Assembly (NCBI GenBank): GCA_013265495.1
Contig: MU057930.1
Span: 1,008,057 to 1,072,056 of the forward strand
Length of the DNA stretch: 64,000 nt
From: Vicugna vicugna
Taxonomy: Eukaryota
Direction of reading: 5' to 3'
Part shown: positions 25,671-37,725 of the stretch, one piece after another
Numbering within the stretch: position 1 is the stretch's first letter
Layout of the letters: each line of letters opens with the position of its first letter
The notes under the pieces: model-generated
Databases searched by the model: none
What the model was told of the DNA's origin: nothing
The model's input: the letters and a program-made list of their open reading frames with translations, nothing else
Translations under genes and position numbers: made by a program

Positions 25671-27229
25671 AGGCTTGTATCTTCTGTGCCAGGCACTGAA
25701 CACAGCTGCAGAAACATAACCATGAGAGCAGATTCAGGAATTCATATTTGCAGAAATGTCAGGAATGTAAATTTGTTGCGTTTTCAGGAGAAAGGACTAT
25801 TTTGAAAGACGCTTAAGCTATAAAACTGTTTTACAGGAAGGTTTGATGTCCCATGTTGCGCACACCCAGTATTTTCCTTTCGCATCACAATTCTTTAACA
25901 AACACCATGGCTTCACTTCGAGTCTGGTGCACGTTCGGTGAGCATGCCGGGAGTCGGATCTGGTTTTTACATCTTGGCTTCATTCCTAAACTGCTGTGAG
26001 ACTTGAGGAAAGTCTCCTCATCCTCCGATCCTGTTCTCATGCTTCATCTGAAAAAAAAAATACAAATAAAAACACAGATCTCATGGAATTGCAGAGGAAT
26101 TAAAAATCTAATGAACTAAACAATAAAACACCGGGTAGGTTCGATTATGCTGAACGAGGGTCCCGCCAATGACAGCTGTTAACGACAAGATGATTCTCTT
26201 TGCTTGGAACTACCAGGAAACCAAAGGCAGGACAAACAAGAGTTTTGGGGGCAAAGAATTTCCCCGGAGTTGCAGATTAATCCAGTGCTGACTATGTGCT
26301 CAGATGTGACCCAGTATCTCACTTTTCTCCATCATTACAGCAACCCCATGGGATAAGGATGAAGCGTTCTTGGGAGCAGACGGAACGCATCACGTTTAGA
26401 CACAGTTAAAAGTAAGCGAAACGATATTTTTTTGCCCAGATATGAAAAGCGTAAAGTAGCAGGTTAGAATATTTTGGGGGTTATTCCGTAGGTGACAGGC
26501 AGGAAGTACGGGTCTCGGGGAAGGTGGCAGACGTGGTGACAGCACACCTCTCACTCAGGGAGTGTGGGCCTCCTAAGCGGAGATGGGTGGCTAAAACGGA
26601 GAGTGCCAAGTCATGGCAGCAGAAGATCAAAAGATCATGTTTAGACAGAGTGCCCTGGGGATGTCCGTGCAGATACTCTAAACCGAAAAGCAATGATTAA
26701 ATTTTTCATTTGCAAGCTTAAATGGAATTTTCAGACTCATCAGAGAAACTTAAATAACACAAGAAAGGATAAAAAAAAAAGATGACTCGCAGAATCTGCA
26801 TTACGCTGCCAGTGTTATTATCTTGAAGATAAAAACTAACCATGAAAATGACCACCCATCCTATTGTGAATTTTAGCAGGCTGTACAGAGACGTTCAACT
26901 TAACGCGCTTCAGACATGATAAACATTCATTCTCTCTTTTATTCAGTTAAGTAATATTTAGTAAGAGTCTTCAGTATGCTGGCAACCGTGAGAAATGGCA
27001 AAATTCATCAGCTTGGGTCCTCCCCCTCCCCACCATCCACCCAAGAGAATAAAACTCCCGTGGAAAAGACAAACCTTTGTTTAATAAAAAATCAGCTGGA
27101 CGTAGAGCATCCGTCATACGCGACTTCAACAGAGGCTCGTCGGAAGGGAAAAGCACATCTGTTCTGGTGCACGGAAGCCACGCAAAGATGGAATACTTTA
27201 AAAAAAAAAAGATAAAAAGGCTGCTGGTG

Positions 27230-27490
27230 AGACTGGAGGAACATAGGGTCAATTGCTGTTGACAAGGCGAATAAGACAGAGAGATGACTGATGGGTTTGG
27301 TGACAAGGAGATCATTGGACAAACTGTCAAAAAATGGTTCTGTGGGGTCATGGGGACAATTCTCTGATAGGAACGGACTCAAGAGAAAATACAGGAGCAG
27401 AAGCAAGGTAATGAATGTGAACAAATCATGGAGGAATTCTTCTGAGAAGGGCTGGAGAGAAAGGTGGGGAAGGTGAGCCAGAGTTATGTT
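27230..27490 (-). mobile_element. L2 remnant (further L2-like sequence at ~28500-29830)
   Basis: Purine-rich L2-like motifs (tgggtttggtgacaaggagatcattgg; ggtgacctctg..tcacagaag..gaggaggtgaaag). Confidence 0.5.
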
Positions 27491-27506
27491 GAAAAAGTAC
27501 CTTATA

Positions 27507-27888
27507 AGCCAGGAAGAGAAAGAAAAATACCATATGAGATCACTCATATGTGGAATCAAAAAAAAAAAAAAAAGGACACTATGAACTCATCTACAAAACA
27601 GAAAATCTCACAGACATAGTAAACCATCCTATGGTTACCAGGGAAAAGACGGTGGGGATGGATACATTTGGGAGTTTGAGATTTACGAATGTTAGCTGCT
27701 GTATATAAAAACAGATTTTTTAAAAAGTTTCTTCTGTGTATCACAGGGAACTGTGTTTAATATCTTGCAATAACCTTCGATGAAAAAAATATGAAAATAT
27801 ATGTGTGTATATGCATGACTGGGACATTGTATACCAGAAACTGACACATTGTAACTGACTGTACTTTAATTACAAAAAAAAAAAAAAA
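27507..27888 (+). mobile_element. L1 3'UTR insertion with poly(A) and diverged TSD
   Basis: gaaaaagtaccttata / gaaacagtactttaga flanks; long A tail. Confidence 0.85.
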
Positions 27889-28167
27889 GAAACAGTACTT
27901 TAGAATCAGGCATGTTATAGTGGGTGTAACTTCTACTGGGAATAGTCAAGATGGAGATTAACATTTGGGGCACCCAGGTCAGCACTGAAATGGCCACTTG
28001 CCAACTGTCTGAGTTTTAATGAGTGACCTTATCTCTAGAGTCCACTGTATCTTTGTTTACAAAGAATAGTGAGCTCTGTCTTGGAGGGTCCTTGAGGAGA
28101 TCAGAGAAAAACAGAGGACATACCACACACAATATGAAGCACAGGTGTGTCTTGGAAATGAGAGCAG

Positions 28168-28510
28168 TTATGGAGGAAGAAGATGAGGAAGAGGAGGAGG
28201 TGGTTAAGGAGAAGAAGGAAGACACACCAGCGGAGGAGAGCGAGGTGAAGGAGAGATGAGGAGATGGAGAAACAACAGGAAGGGACACAAGAAGAAGGGA
28301 GGGGAGGATATGGTGGACGTGAGGGGAAGGGAAAAGGAGAGGAAGAGGAGAGGGGATGTGGAGGGTTCCATCCTCCTCCTCCTCCTTCTGGTCCTCCATC
28401 TCCTTCTACATCTACAGATGGAGGATTGGAAGGAGGAGGAAGAGGATGGAAGAGTGAGGAACCAACAGGACAGGAGAGACAGCAGTTAGAGGAGGAGGGG
28501 GAAGAAGTAA
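28168..28510. repeat. GA-rich low-complexity tract containing a 36-bp inverted segment
   Basis: (GAG/GAA)-rich; 28366-28401 is the reverse complement of 28416-28451 (32/36). Confidence 0.8.
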
Positions 28511-30004
28511 ACCCCAAGAATGTGATTGGGTTTGTTCTTTGGAAATTTTAATCCATCTAGAATTGAGAAGGGAAAGGAAGAGACGTGAGTGATTCTGAGG
28601 TGCACTGGATGACCAAAATCTATCTAAGGGATTTCACTTTTCCTTTGAGAATATCGCTGAGAACATAGTCGATGCCAGGACAACAGTACACTCCAAGGGA
28701 ACAGCAGGATGCAGCTGTTGTAAGGAAGATGTTCTCCAGCTAAAGACGCAATGAGGACAGTGTGGAAGATGGCTTGGCCAAAATGAGCTCAAAGGATGCA
28801 TCCTTGAGTGTAAAAATGATGAGCTGAACCCATAAAAAAAGAGGGACCCGGGAGGAGGAGTTGGAGTTAGGGGAGGATGATTCATTAGTTTTGAGACTAG
28901 TTGGAATTAAGCTGCAGGCAGGGTAGCAGGGTGGAACCATCCAAGAGACCTTTGGAAACATGAATCTGGGGAAAGTTGCAAACGTCATGAGGGACAAAGC
29001 AGCCTTGAGGTGGTCAGTAAGGCTGAGGAGGTTGTGTCCATTCAAAGTGAGAAAAATATAATGAACTCAGAGAGGTTGCAGCAAGAGGCCATTCATCACC
29101 TGAACCACTGGGAGAAGGTGGCCTCACGCAGGGTTAAATCCAAGGATCAGCGACTACCCCTGAGACGTTTTCTTCCCTCTTCCCATGTCTCTGCCTTTCT
29201 TCTGCATTGACTTTCCTCCACCTCCTCTTCCTCCTCCCTCTCCTCCCCCTTTCACCCTAGGGAGAAAAAACAATAGAAACTTTGTCTTGGGCTCTCCACT
29301 TCTGAGATCTTGTTAAGATGCTCAAATGGGGAGACCATGATTAAGTCAATTGATTTTATAAAATGAGAGTCTAGGAGAGGCCCTTGGGCATAACCAATGA
29401 GAAATCAATGGATGGAGAGATGAGATTGGAAGCATGAGACCTGCATTACTGATCTAGAGACAGAGGACAGGGACAGAAGTCCCAAACCAAGCCAGTAGAA
29501 CACCTAGTATTTAGAACAGTATAGAGGATGGAGCCAAGGAAAGATAAGATGTGGAAAGGAGTTTCCTGGCATCGAAGGAAGTCGAGAGAGGGCAACACTC
29601 AAAGGGTGGATGGCCAGTTGGTTGGGATGCTTCTAAGAAGAGACACATCTTGTGGGTCTGGTCCACAGACATCTTTGGAGACCAAGACAAGGTGACCTCT
29701 GATTCTGAGGTGGTCACAGAAGCTAGGATGCAGTGGGCTGCTTCTGGAATGGTGTGTGAGGAGGTGAAAGCTATGTAGCAGATGACCTCCAGAAATCCAG
29801 CCACGGATAAGAACTAGGGTAGGTGGTTAGAAAAGGATGGGGGTGGGGGTGGGGATCCAGAAGGGGCTTCATTTTATCTTAACTTTTTGGCCAATGTGTC
29901 TGCACTATGTCTAGCGTATTATAATCTTCTGAATATGTATAAGATGAACAAACGAATGAATGAAAGAGAAAACAATTCAGGGGCCACGCTTCAAGAATCT
30001 CCCT

Positions 30005-30545
30005 CAGTTGCCTATCTCTGCTACATCAAATCATGATAAATTTAGAAGCACCAAATAATAGTCATTTATTATCTCATAGTTTCTGTGGGTCAGAAGTCTG
30101 GGTCCAGTGAGATGAGATGTGTCCTCTGCTGAACGTCTCCCAGGGCCAAAATCAGGGGGTTGGGAGGGCTGTGATCATGGATGCTCTGGGGACATATGGC
30201 TCCCAAGTTCACTCATTATTGTCTGAATTCAGTGCCATGTGGTTGTGCCACTGAGCTCCATGCTTGTCCTTGCTGCTAGAGGCTGCCTGCATTCCTTCCT
30301 CCCCGTCCATGTGGCAGGATGAGTCCTCCTGATGCTCTGAATTACTCTGACTTTTTTTTTTCCCTGCCATATATCTCTACCCTATAAACAAAGACAGTCC
30401 TCTGCTTGTAAGATCTCCTGGGATTACACTGGACACGCCTCCACAATCCAGGAATCTCTCCTTATGTAAGATTCCTAAATTCAACGACCCCTGCAAATTC
30501 CCTGTTGCTCTGGAATGTAATGTATCTGCAAGTTTTGGGGATTTT
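30005..30545 (-). mobile_element. MLT1 LTR
   Basis: catttattatctcatagtttctgtgggtcagaagtctggg..gattacactggac..ataatccagga-like..ctgcaaattccct. Confidence 0.75.
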
Positions 30546-30562
30546 TTTTCACCATTTCCTTA

Positions 30563-30989
30563 TGTCCACTGGAAAAAAAAGAAGTGCTAGCTAAAAGCTG
30601 AGAATTATGTTTTATTTAGCAGAGATATTGAGGACTTAAGCCCAGGATGGCAGCCTCTCAGATGGCTTTGGGGGACTGCTCCGAGAAGGTAGGGGAGGAG
30701 CCAGAATATATAGGAGTTTTTGCAACAAAACCCAGGTAGTCAGAACATCCAAAGATTACTGTTAATTAAAGAAAAGCAAACATTTATAGATGTATGTGAG
30801 ATGCAAGAGTCTGGGGTCTTTGGAATCATACCTCTGACGTGCACCTGTGTTATCCAGGGCCAGTATCCTGTTTTTCTCCATCTTGAATCCCCTCAAAGTG
30901 CACCCTTGGGGGCACCTGCAACGGCTGAGGGCTTGCTGACTGCAGTATCTTTTGTTTACTCAAGTGGCAGGTGACATTCTTTGTCCACA
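30563..30989 (-). mobile_element. ERV1 solo LTR, MER41-like
   Basis: TG...CA termini, 4-bp TSD CTTA (30559-30562 / 30990-30993), tatgttttattt..gaggacttaagccc..gcagcctctcagat..ggaggagccagaatatatagg. Confidence 0.85.
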
Positions 30990-33104
30990 CTTATATGTTG
31001 TTTATTTCTTTTTAAAAGAGAATATATATACCTACATTCCAATTCTTCCTTTTTTTGTTTTTTTGTCTTTTATAGATGTTCAGAAGCTTCAGAGAACACC
31101 AGACAGCCATGCCTACAGTCAAACTGCTGAAAGCAACACAGCTAATTTTTCTAGGGTACAAGGTGACATCTTAACTACCTTTCCTAGTCCAAGATTACTC
31201 AGTGGTGCCGGGACCGTCATCAACTTTCCTGATATGATAAAAGTTCACTGCTTCACATTCTACATTCCGGTTCCCTTGACATGTCTTTTTTAATGAATGA
31301 TTATGATCAGAGCCCATGTAATTCTGTCTCTGTTTTCAAAGGGGAAAGTTTAATCTAATAACATTTTATTAAATTTTTTTCAGTTCTCGCCACGGCACGT
31401 TTGAAGGATATTCAAGGTAAACCATTCTACACCAGATTTTGACTGCTGGATACCCCCATCCTTCCTAATGAAAATTTATTTCAGGCCCGTAGCAAACTCT
31501 GCTGTTCATTATAACACTGAGTATTTCTGCACACGGGCTTTTTGGATGTGCTAACTTTATCACTGAGAGTTTACGCTGGCCTGTTTTCCATTTAGAAATG
31601 AATGATAAATAGATAAAGCGCTAAAGAAGAAAATTGGATTTTCAATCAGTCATTCATCCTATATAAAACAAAAAAAGAAAACAGAAAACAAACTAACCAG
31701 GTGATGATTTAGAACTGGAGCTACACCAGATAGTATGAACTTTATTAAAGACGGAAATTACAATACTGCTCCGGAAGTGGATGTTTCTTTGCTGTCTTGC
31801 TTTGTCTCCACTAAGTAAACTTAGATTTACAGAACTATCATGCGTCAGGGAGCTTGATGCATTGCAGTGGTTGGAAATGAACATTCCTTTAGGGCCAGGG
31901 TGGGTAATAAGGCAAATGATGGGGACTACAGAACAGCGATGATGTGTATTGAACTTAACGTAACTACAGGTTAGATATTTTTTAAAAAGCCAATTTGCAG
32001 GCCAAGTGAGATGTCCTTGTGAACTCACAAAACCTGTCTGTCACCTGCTTTGGCCCCGAGTCCAACCCCTACCTATGTGATACCCCCTTGTGTCTCAATT
32101 TTACTTCCCTAGGACAACAATGGTTGAAGCCACCTGGGTGACGGGCATCCATTGAGGGAACAGTAACCTCCCATTCTTAATAACTGTGTCAGAGATGGGA
32201 GATGGTGGCTCTAAGGCAGAAGCATGGTATCGGGGTGAGGCAGCGTGCCAAGTGGCGTAGAAATGGCGCACATCGCCCACCCACTGCCTTGTCACTCACC
32301 CCTGCCCCTTGGGACTTCCTGGAGCAGCGTTCTGTAATCCCATCCACCATGCATGAGGGGTTCTCTCTGCCCCTTTGTTGAAATGTCTGTGTTACCTCTT
32401 CACTCACTGGGAATGCTCTCTGGTCCACTGCATCGTCTCTTGCCAACGTCCCCAATTTCCTTCCCATAAAAAGAACAAGTACCATGACAACAGAAATAAA
32501 GCTCCATTTTTTTTTTTTTGAGAGAGAGAAGACCTTTTCAACGCACTGTCTCAACTTGGAAGCCTGCGGAGATTTCTCTTCTGATTATTTGTGGTTTTCC
32601 CATATGAGGGGAAACACTACCCATCAACCTCTTTGCCACACGGCACGGCTTCCATGCAAAGACCTTGCAGAGGGCAAATAAAAAGCTGATTTCTCCACAA
32701 GCGGCAGGGTACAAGGGGACACAGCCTCTTTTAAAAATATACACATAACGGACACATTCTCCAGGCAGCAACTCAGGGAGGGGGGCGCAGACCCTCAGCA
32801 CCTACTGATGGAATTTCCAAGGGCAAGTCTTCATGCTCACATGTTTATTCAGACTTGGTTCTCTCGCTACAACAAGGGCTGTGTTTTGCGTCATTGTTTC
32901 TGTTACAGGTGTCCTTCTGCTAAGGTCTCCTCTTTCACTTCTGTTGTCCTGAGTCTCTGATGGGCACTTCTTTCCCTGCATTCTTGTCTGCACCATATTG
33001 CGCTGCCATGACTAACATCCCCTGGCTTTGGATGTTATGTATATGTATACTGTTTTGCCCCCAGTGCTGATAAAAATGAGCACCTCTGGTCAGCACGGCT
33101 CTCC

Positions 33105-33910
33105 TCAACAAGTCTACAAATAATGAATGCTAGAGAATGTAGAGAAAAAAGAACTCTCCTACACTGCTGGTGGAAATGTAAATTGATGCAGCCACTGTGG
33201 AGAACAACATGGAGGTTCCTTAAAAAACTAAAAATAGACTCATTAAAAACCTACCATATGATCCAGCAACCCCACTCCTGGGCATGTATCTAGAGAAAAT
33301 TCTAATGTGAAAAGACACCTGCACCCCAATGTTCACAGCAGCACTATTTGCAATAGCTAAGACATAGAAACAATCTAAATGTCCATTGACAGATGACTTG
33401 ATAAAGCAGTTGTGGTGTATATGTACGATGGAATACTACTCAGCCATGAAAAAGAATGAAATCATGCCATTTGCAGGAACATGGATGGACCTGGAGATGA
33501 TCATTCTAAGTGCAGTAAGTCAGACAGAGAAAGACAAATATCACAATGATATATCACTTACATGTAGAATCTAAAAAAAAATAGTACAAATGAACTTATT
33601 TACAAGACAGAAACAGATTCATGGACATAGAAAACAAACTTAGGATAACCAAACGGGAAAGGTGGGGAGAGATAAATTAGAAATTTGAGATTAGAAGATA
33701 CACACTACTGTATATAACAAAAACACCAACGTCCTACTGTAGAGCAGAGGGACCTATATTCAATACCTTGCAATAATGTATAATGGAAAAGACTCTGAAA
33801 AAGAATATATATATACCTGAAAAGATACATGTATATTTATATCTCTGAATCACTTTGCTGCATAACTGAAACACTGTAAATCAACTATACTTACATTGAA
33901 AAATAAACAC
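33105..33910 (+). mobile_element. L1 3' end
   Basis: ORF TDDLIKQLW..MEYYSAMKKNEIMPFAGTWMDLEMIILS; 3'UTR and A tail. Confidence 0.9.
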
Positions 33911-36655
33911 AAAAAGATGACCTCCTGTTTCCATATGTATGTGATGACGTCTGCAAGCCTTTGGAAGGCAGAGGGACTGAATACAGACAGGGTGATTTTA
34001 AAGGAGGTGAACACGTTGCAAAAGAAAAACCAGCACATAAATGTGCCGTACCGTTTTGCAAAATTGCCATGCTGATGGACACACTGCAAAGTGTTGCTGC
34101 TTTGTACAAAATGGCACGGAAGCAGCATGCCATTATTTGGCACCAATTTTTTTTTGGTGGGGGGAGGAGGGCAAAGATACTTTCCTACGGCCTAGATAGT
34201 AATTCTGCCATATCTGAACAATATTTCCCTGTGATACAATCAACCGTGGCTTCTGACACATTCTTCAAGCAGAATCTCGAATCTGGGGGCAGTGACAAAT
34301 GGAATTCCATCACAGGGCTGATCCGCTTTGGGTTGCAATGATTTATCTCCTCGGGGAAATGTTTTTCAAAGTTGTGCTCAGCTAGGATCCTGGGGAAAGG
34401 CGAGCTGGGCTGTGAGAAGGTATAAAATTCATAGATGCATGCAATTTACACAGTGAAAACTGACCTTGAGGTCCCCACATTCTCACTCCATCACTTTAGA
34501 AACAAGCAAAGACCAGGCTCCAACGAATGCTGGGTGGTTATGAATACCCCGCGATCTGAGAGGCTCTGAGCATCTGATTGAAGCTACGAGCCTGTCTCTG
34601 ACGGAATGCCTCGGTGCAGCCAACACGGTGCCTTCTCTGCAGGCCCCCAAGGTCATGCAATGGAATTTTACCCCTGGACTCCAAGATGCCTGAGGTTGAA
34701 TGATTTATGTAAGGCCACCCATGAGATACACCCGAAAAACAAAATGGGTCTTCGTTTGGAATTGAAACCACCTATTTCAGGAACAGAGAACCCTAACTTT
34801 GCCTTCGCAACATATGTTCCCCATCACATGGACGCGAGCTTCAAGGTCTGCCCCAAAGATGGACCCCCAGACCTCACAATGTGCTCCTTTTCAAACGATA
34901 ATTTAAAATGTATAACCAGTGTTCAGCTGGGGTTTTCAAAAGTCCTGATTGCTTTAGAAAGTCCAGCTACATTCCTAGTGTGTGGAAGAGACTCACTGTT
35001 GAGAATGGAAAAAAAAGTAAGCCCTCTTTATCCGCAAGAGGGTCACTGTTTACTGGGGACGGTGGGACATAGTAGCTAAACATATAAAACCCTCAGGCCA
35101 AGAGACCCTGAGTTACATTCAATGCTGCAGATCTGAACGCCCTTTAAAATATTCTCAGCATGCTTCCTGATAAACTTTATGTTCTTAAAAAAAGTCTGAA
35201 GTAAAAATGTTGTTGAGACCATTTATATCACTGCCACATATACTTAGAATGATGCACTTTCCATGATTAGAATGATGCATTTTGCATGATTTCAACCAAA
35301 GGTACCTGTGATTGTCACAGATCAGACGATATAACAGACAAGGGATTCCCTTCAAATCCTCAAGGTCAGTTTTTTTTTTTTCCCTTTTGCATCCTTTCTG
35401 TGCGATGTCCTAACCTCCATCCTTTTGCACAATTTGGGGCAAAACTCAGTGTCTGCCTCTGAGCTCATTTCCTACCCCGACAGGTTTTTAAGTTTCTTGT
35501 ACAGATGCAGATGATCTGCCTTTTATATAAATATAACATTTAACATTTCCACTTTAAGAAGCCAAATTTAAGGTTAGACCAGCAAAATGAGTTACTCCAC
35601 TTTGGCCAACAACGTCCTTATTAGCGTAAGTATATGGTTGCTTATAATGAATATCATGTAATAATCTTAATTCTCAGAAACACCTTAACAAAGTGAAGGA
35701 ACACAGAATATAGCCTTCAGTTCCATGAAGTCTGTTTTCAAATTTTTTGTGGGACAAGTAATTCTGACTATAATACTGGATGTCGGAATAAAAAGTAGTT
35801 TTGCGGACATAGAAAATAATTCATGTCCTCTTAAGCTTAAACCAATAAAACATTATTCATTCTCTCTCTCTCTCTCTCCAACAGAAATCAAAGCCATGCA
35901 AAAAAACAGGAGATTTATTTTGTGTCTGAGCAAACCCAAAAATCAAATATTCAGATTCTGGGTGGACTAAAGAGTTAAGTTTATATTAGGAACTAGGAAA
36001 TGACCCCAAATGACACAGTCATCATCTTAGGACATTCAGGCTATGCTCACAAACGTTTTTCCATGTGATAAGGAATGTATCATTGTCAGTATCAATATGG
36101 ATAAAATTGGAGGTAAAAGAGGACGTGACGGCTCAAGAAAGTCAGTTCGACGATTTTTGGAAGAAGGAAATCAAACAAGAAAATACACTCAAATGTTTCA
36201 AAATCCCAGCCCAAGCCGAACTTCCGAAGAAAACTCTGCAAGACGAGCACCTGGCTGCATTCAACCGGCTCATTTTCAAGTATGTTGACTCAGAAACCCC
36301 AAGTGGAGATACGAAGTGTTGGATAAACAGTCTAGTAAAGTCGATGAGATCCCCTCTGAGGGCGGCTTGTATGGGAAAGCAAGACATGAGTGGGGGGAGA
36401 ATTTAACTCTCACGTCCAACGGGCAAGAAATAAATGGAAGCTAAACAGTTCCTTTCTCAACGCGAATTCTGTACGTTTCGTCAGATCACTGCTCGTTGGC
36501 TGGAGCTGAGATTTCTGTGACTTTGGCATGTCAGAAAATTGCGTATCTGGGAAACTATATGGATCATATGAACATATTTCTTTTTAGAAATATTTAACTC
36601 AGATAAACGGATGGACAAACTGGGAAAAACTGGCTCCACACTTAACGGTTTGAGG

Positions 36656-36731
36656 GTTTTTTTTTTAACCATTTTTTATTGACGTTTAGTTGATTTCAAT
36701 GTGTTAGTTTCAGGTGCACAGCAGTGATTCA

Positions 36732-36780
<49 letters not shown>

Positions 36781-37128
36781 TCTTTTTCAGATTCTTTTCC
36801 ATCATACACCGTTACAAGATATGGGATATGGTTCCCTGTGCTGTATAGTAGGTCCTTGTTGTTCATCTATTTTATATACAGTAGTGTGTGTCTGCTCATC
36901 CCAAACTCCTAATTGATCCCTCCCCAACCTGCTTCCCTCTTTGGTAACCCTAAGTTTGTTTTCTATCTCTGTGAGTCTGCTTCTGTGTTGTAAATAAGTT
37001 CATTTGTATCTTTTTTTTTTTTTAAAAAGAGTCAACATAGAAGTGATACCATATGATTGGTCTTTCTCTGTCTGAGTCACTTCACTTCGTACAATCATCT
37101 CTAGGTCCATCCGTGTTGCTGCAAAGGT
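36656..37128 (-). mobile_element. L1 3' end containing a (TG)n microsatellite at ~36735-36778
   Basis: Minus ORF FAATRMDLEMIVRSEVTQTEKD; reverse 3'UTR with T tail. Confidence 0.88.
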
Positions 37129-37589
37129 TTGCATTTGTAACACTGAGCTTGGAACTGCAATAGGAATGGACATGGGGCTTCTGCACGAGGTCGTCTTGTC
37201 TGTCTGCCTTTCTTCCTGGTGGCCTGTTCTTATCAACCTTGAATGAACTCCACCCACGGGTTTGTTTGAACTACGTTCTCCAGAGCTGAGGTGGGGTTTA
37301 CCTAAGAATTCCTTTACGCAGAGTGTTTTCTGCATCACTTTTGTCCATTGCCCACAAACATTTCCTCAAGCCTCAGTCCTGACATTTCTTGGTTTAACCC
37401 ACTGATAGCTAAGTCTTTGTGCCTCAGGGAAAGTCTGCCCAGAAGTTCTCCTTCCGGTCAACTCATAATTCTTCCAGCCTCCTTAAGAAATCCAATCTAG
37501 CAAATCGTTTAGAGTTTCCAGAATACGTCTGCAGAATTTCCATAAAATGCTACCTCTCACTCTTGGTCATCCTAAAATTGATTCCTTCT

Positions 37590-37669
37590 AAGAGGCGGGA
37601 GTAGAGCTCAGTGGTTGAGTGCAGGCTTAGCATGCACAAGGTCCTTGGTTCAACCTCCGAGTTCCTCCA

Positions 37670-37723
<54 letters not shown>
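37590..37723 (+). mobile_element. tRNA-derived SINE (Vic-1-like) with A52 tail
   Basis: agctcagtgg A box, cttagcatgc Ala(AGC)-like anticodon region, ggttcaacc B box; TSD GATTCCTTCT at 37580-37589 / 37724-37733. Confidence 0.9.

Positions 37724-37725
<2 letters not shown>

Noticed and set aside
28016..28551. Glu/Gly/Pro-rich ORFs
   Set aside because: Translations of GA-rich low-complexity DNA with no splice or homology support
35244..35291. 23-bp tandem duplication ttagaatgatgcactttccatga
   Set aside because: Ordinary two-copy slippage duplication
36065..36406. 113-aa lysine/glutamate-rich ORF
   Set aside because: GTG start, no recognisable domain, length within chance expectation
37590..37671. 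Functional tRNA-Ala gene (also 53198, 9347, 9689)
   Set aside because: Acceptor and T stems do not pair properly; poly(A)/TSD or decay indicate SINE-type derivatives
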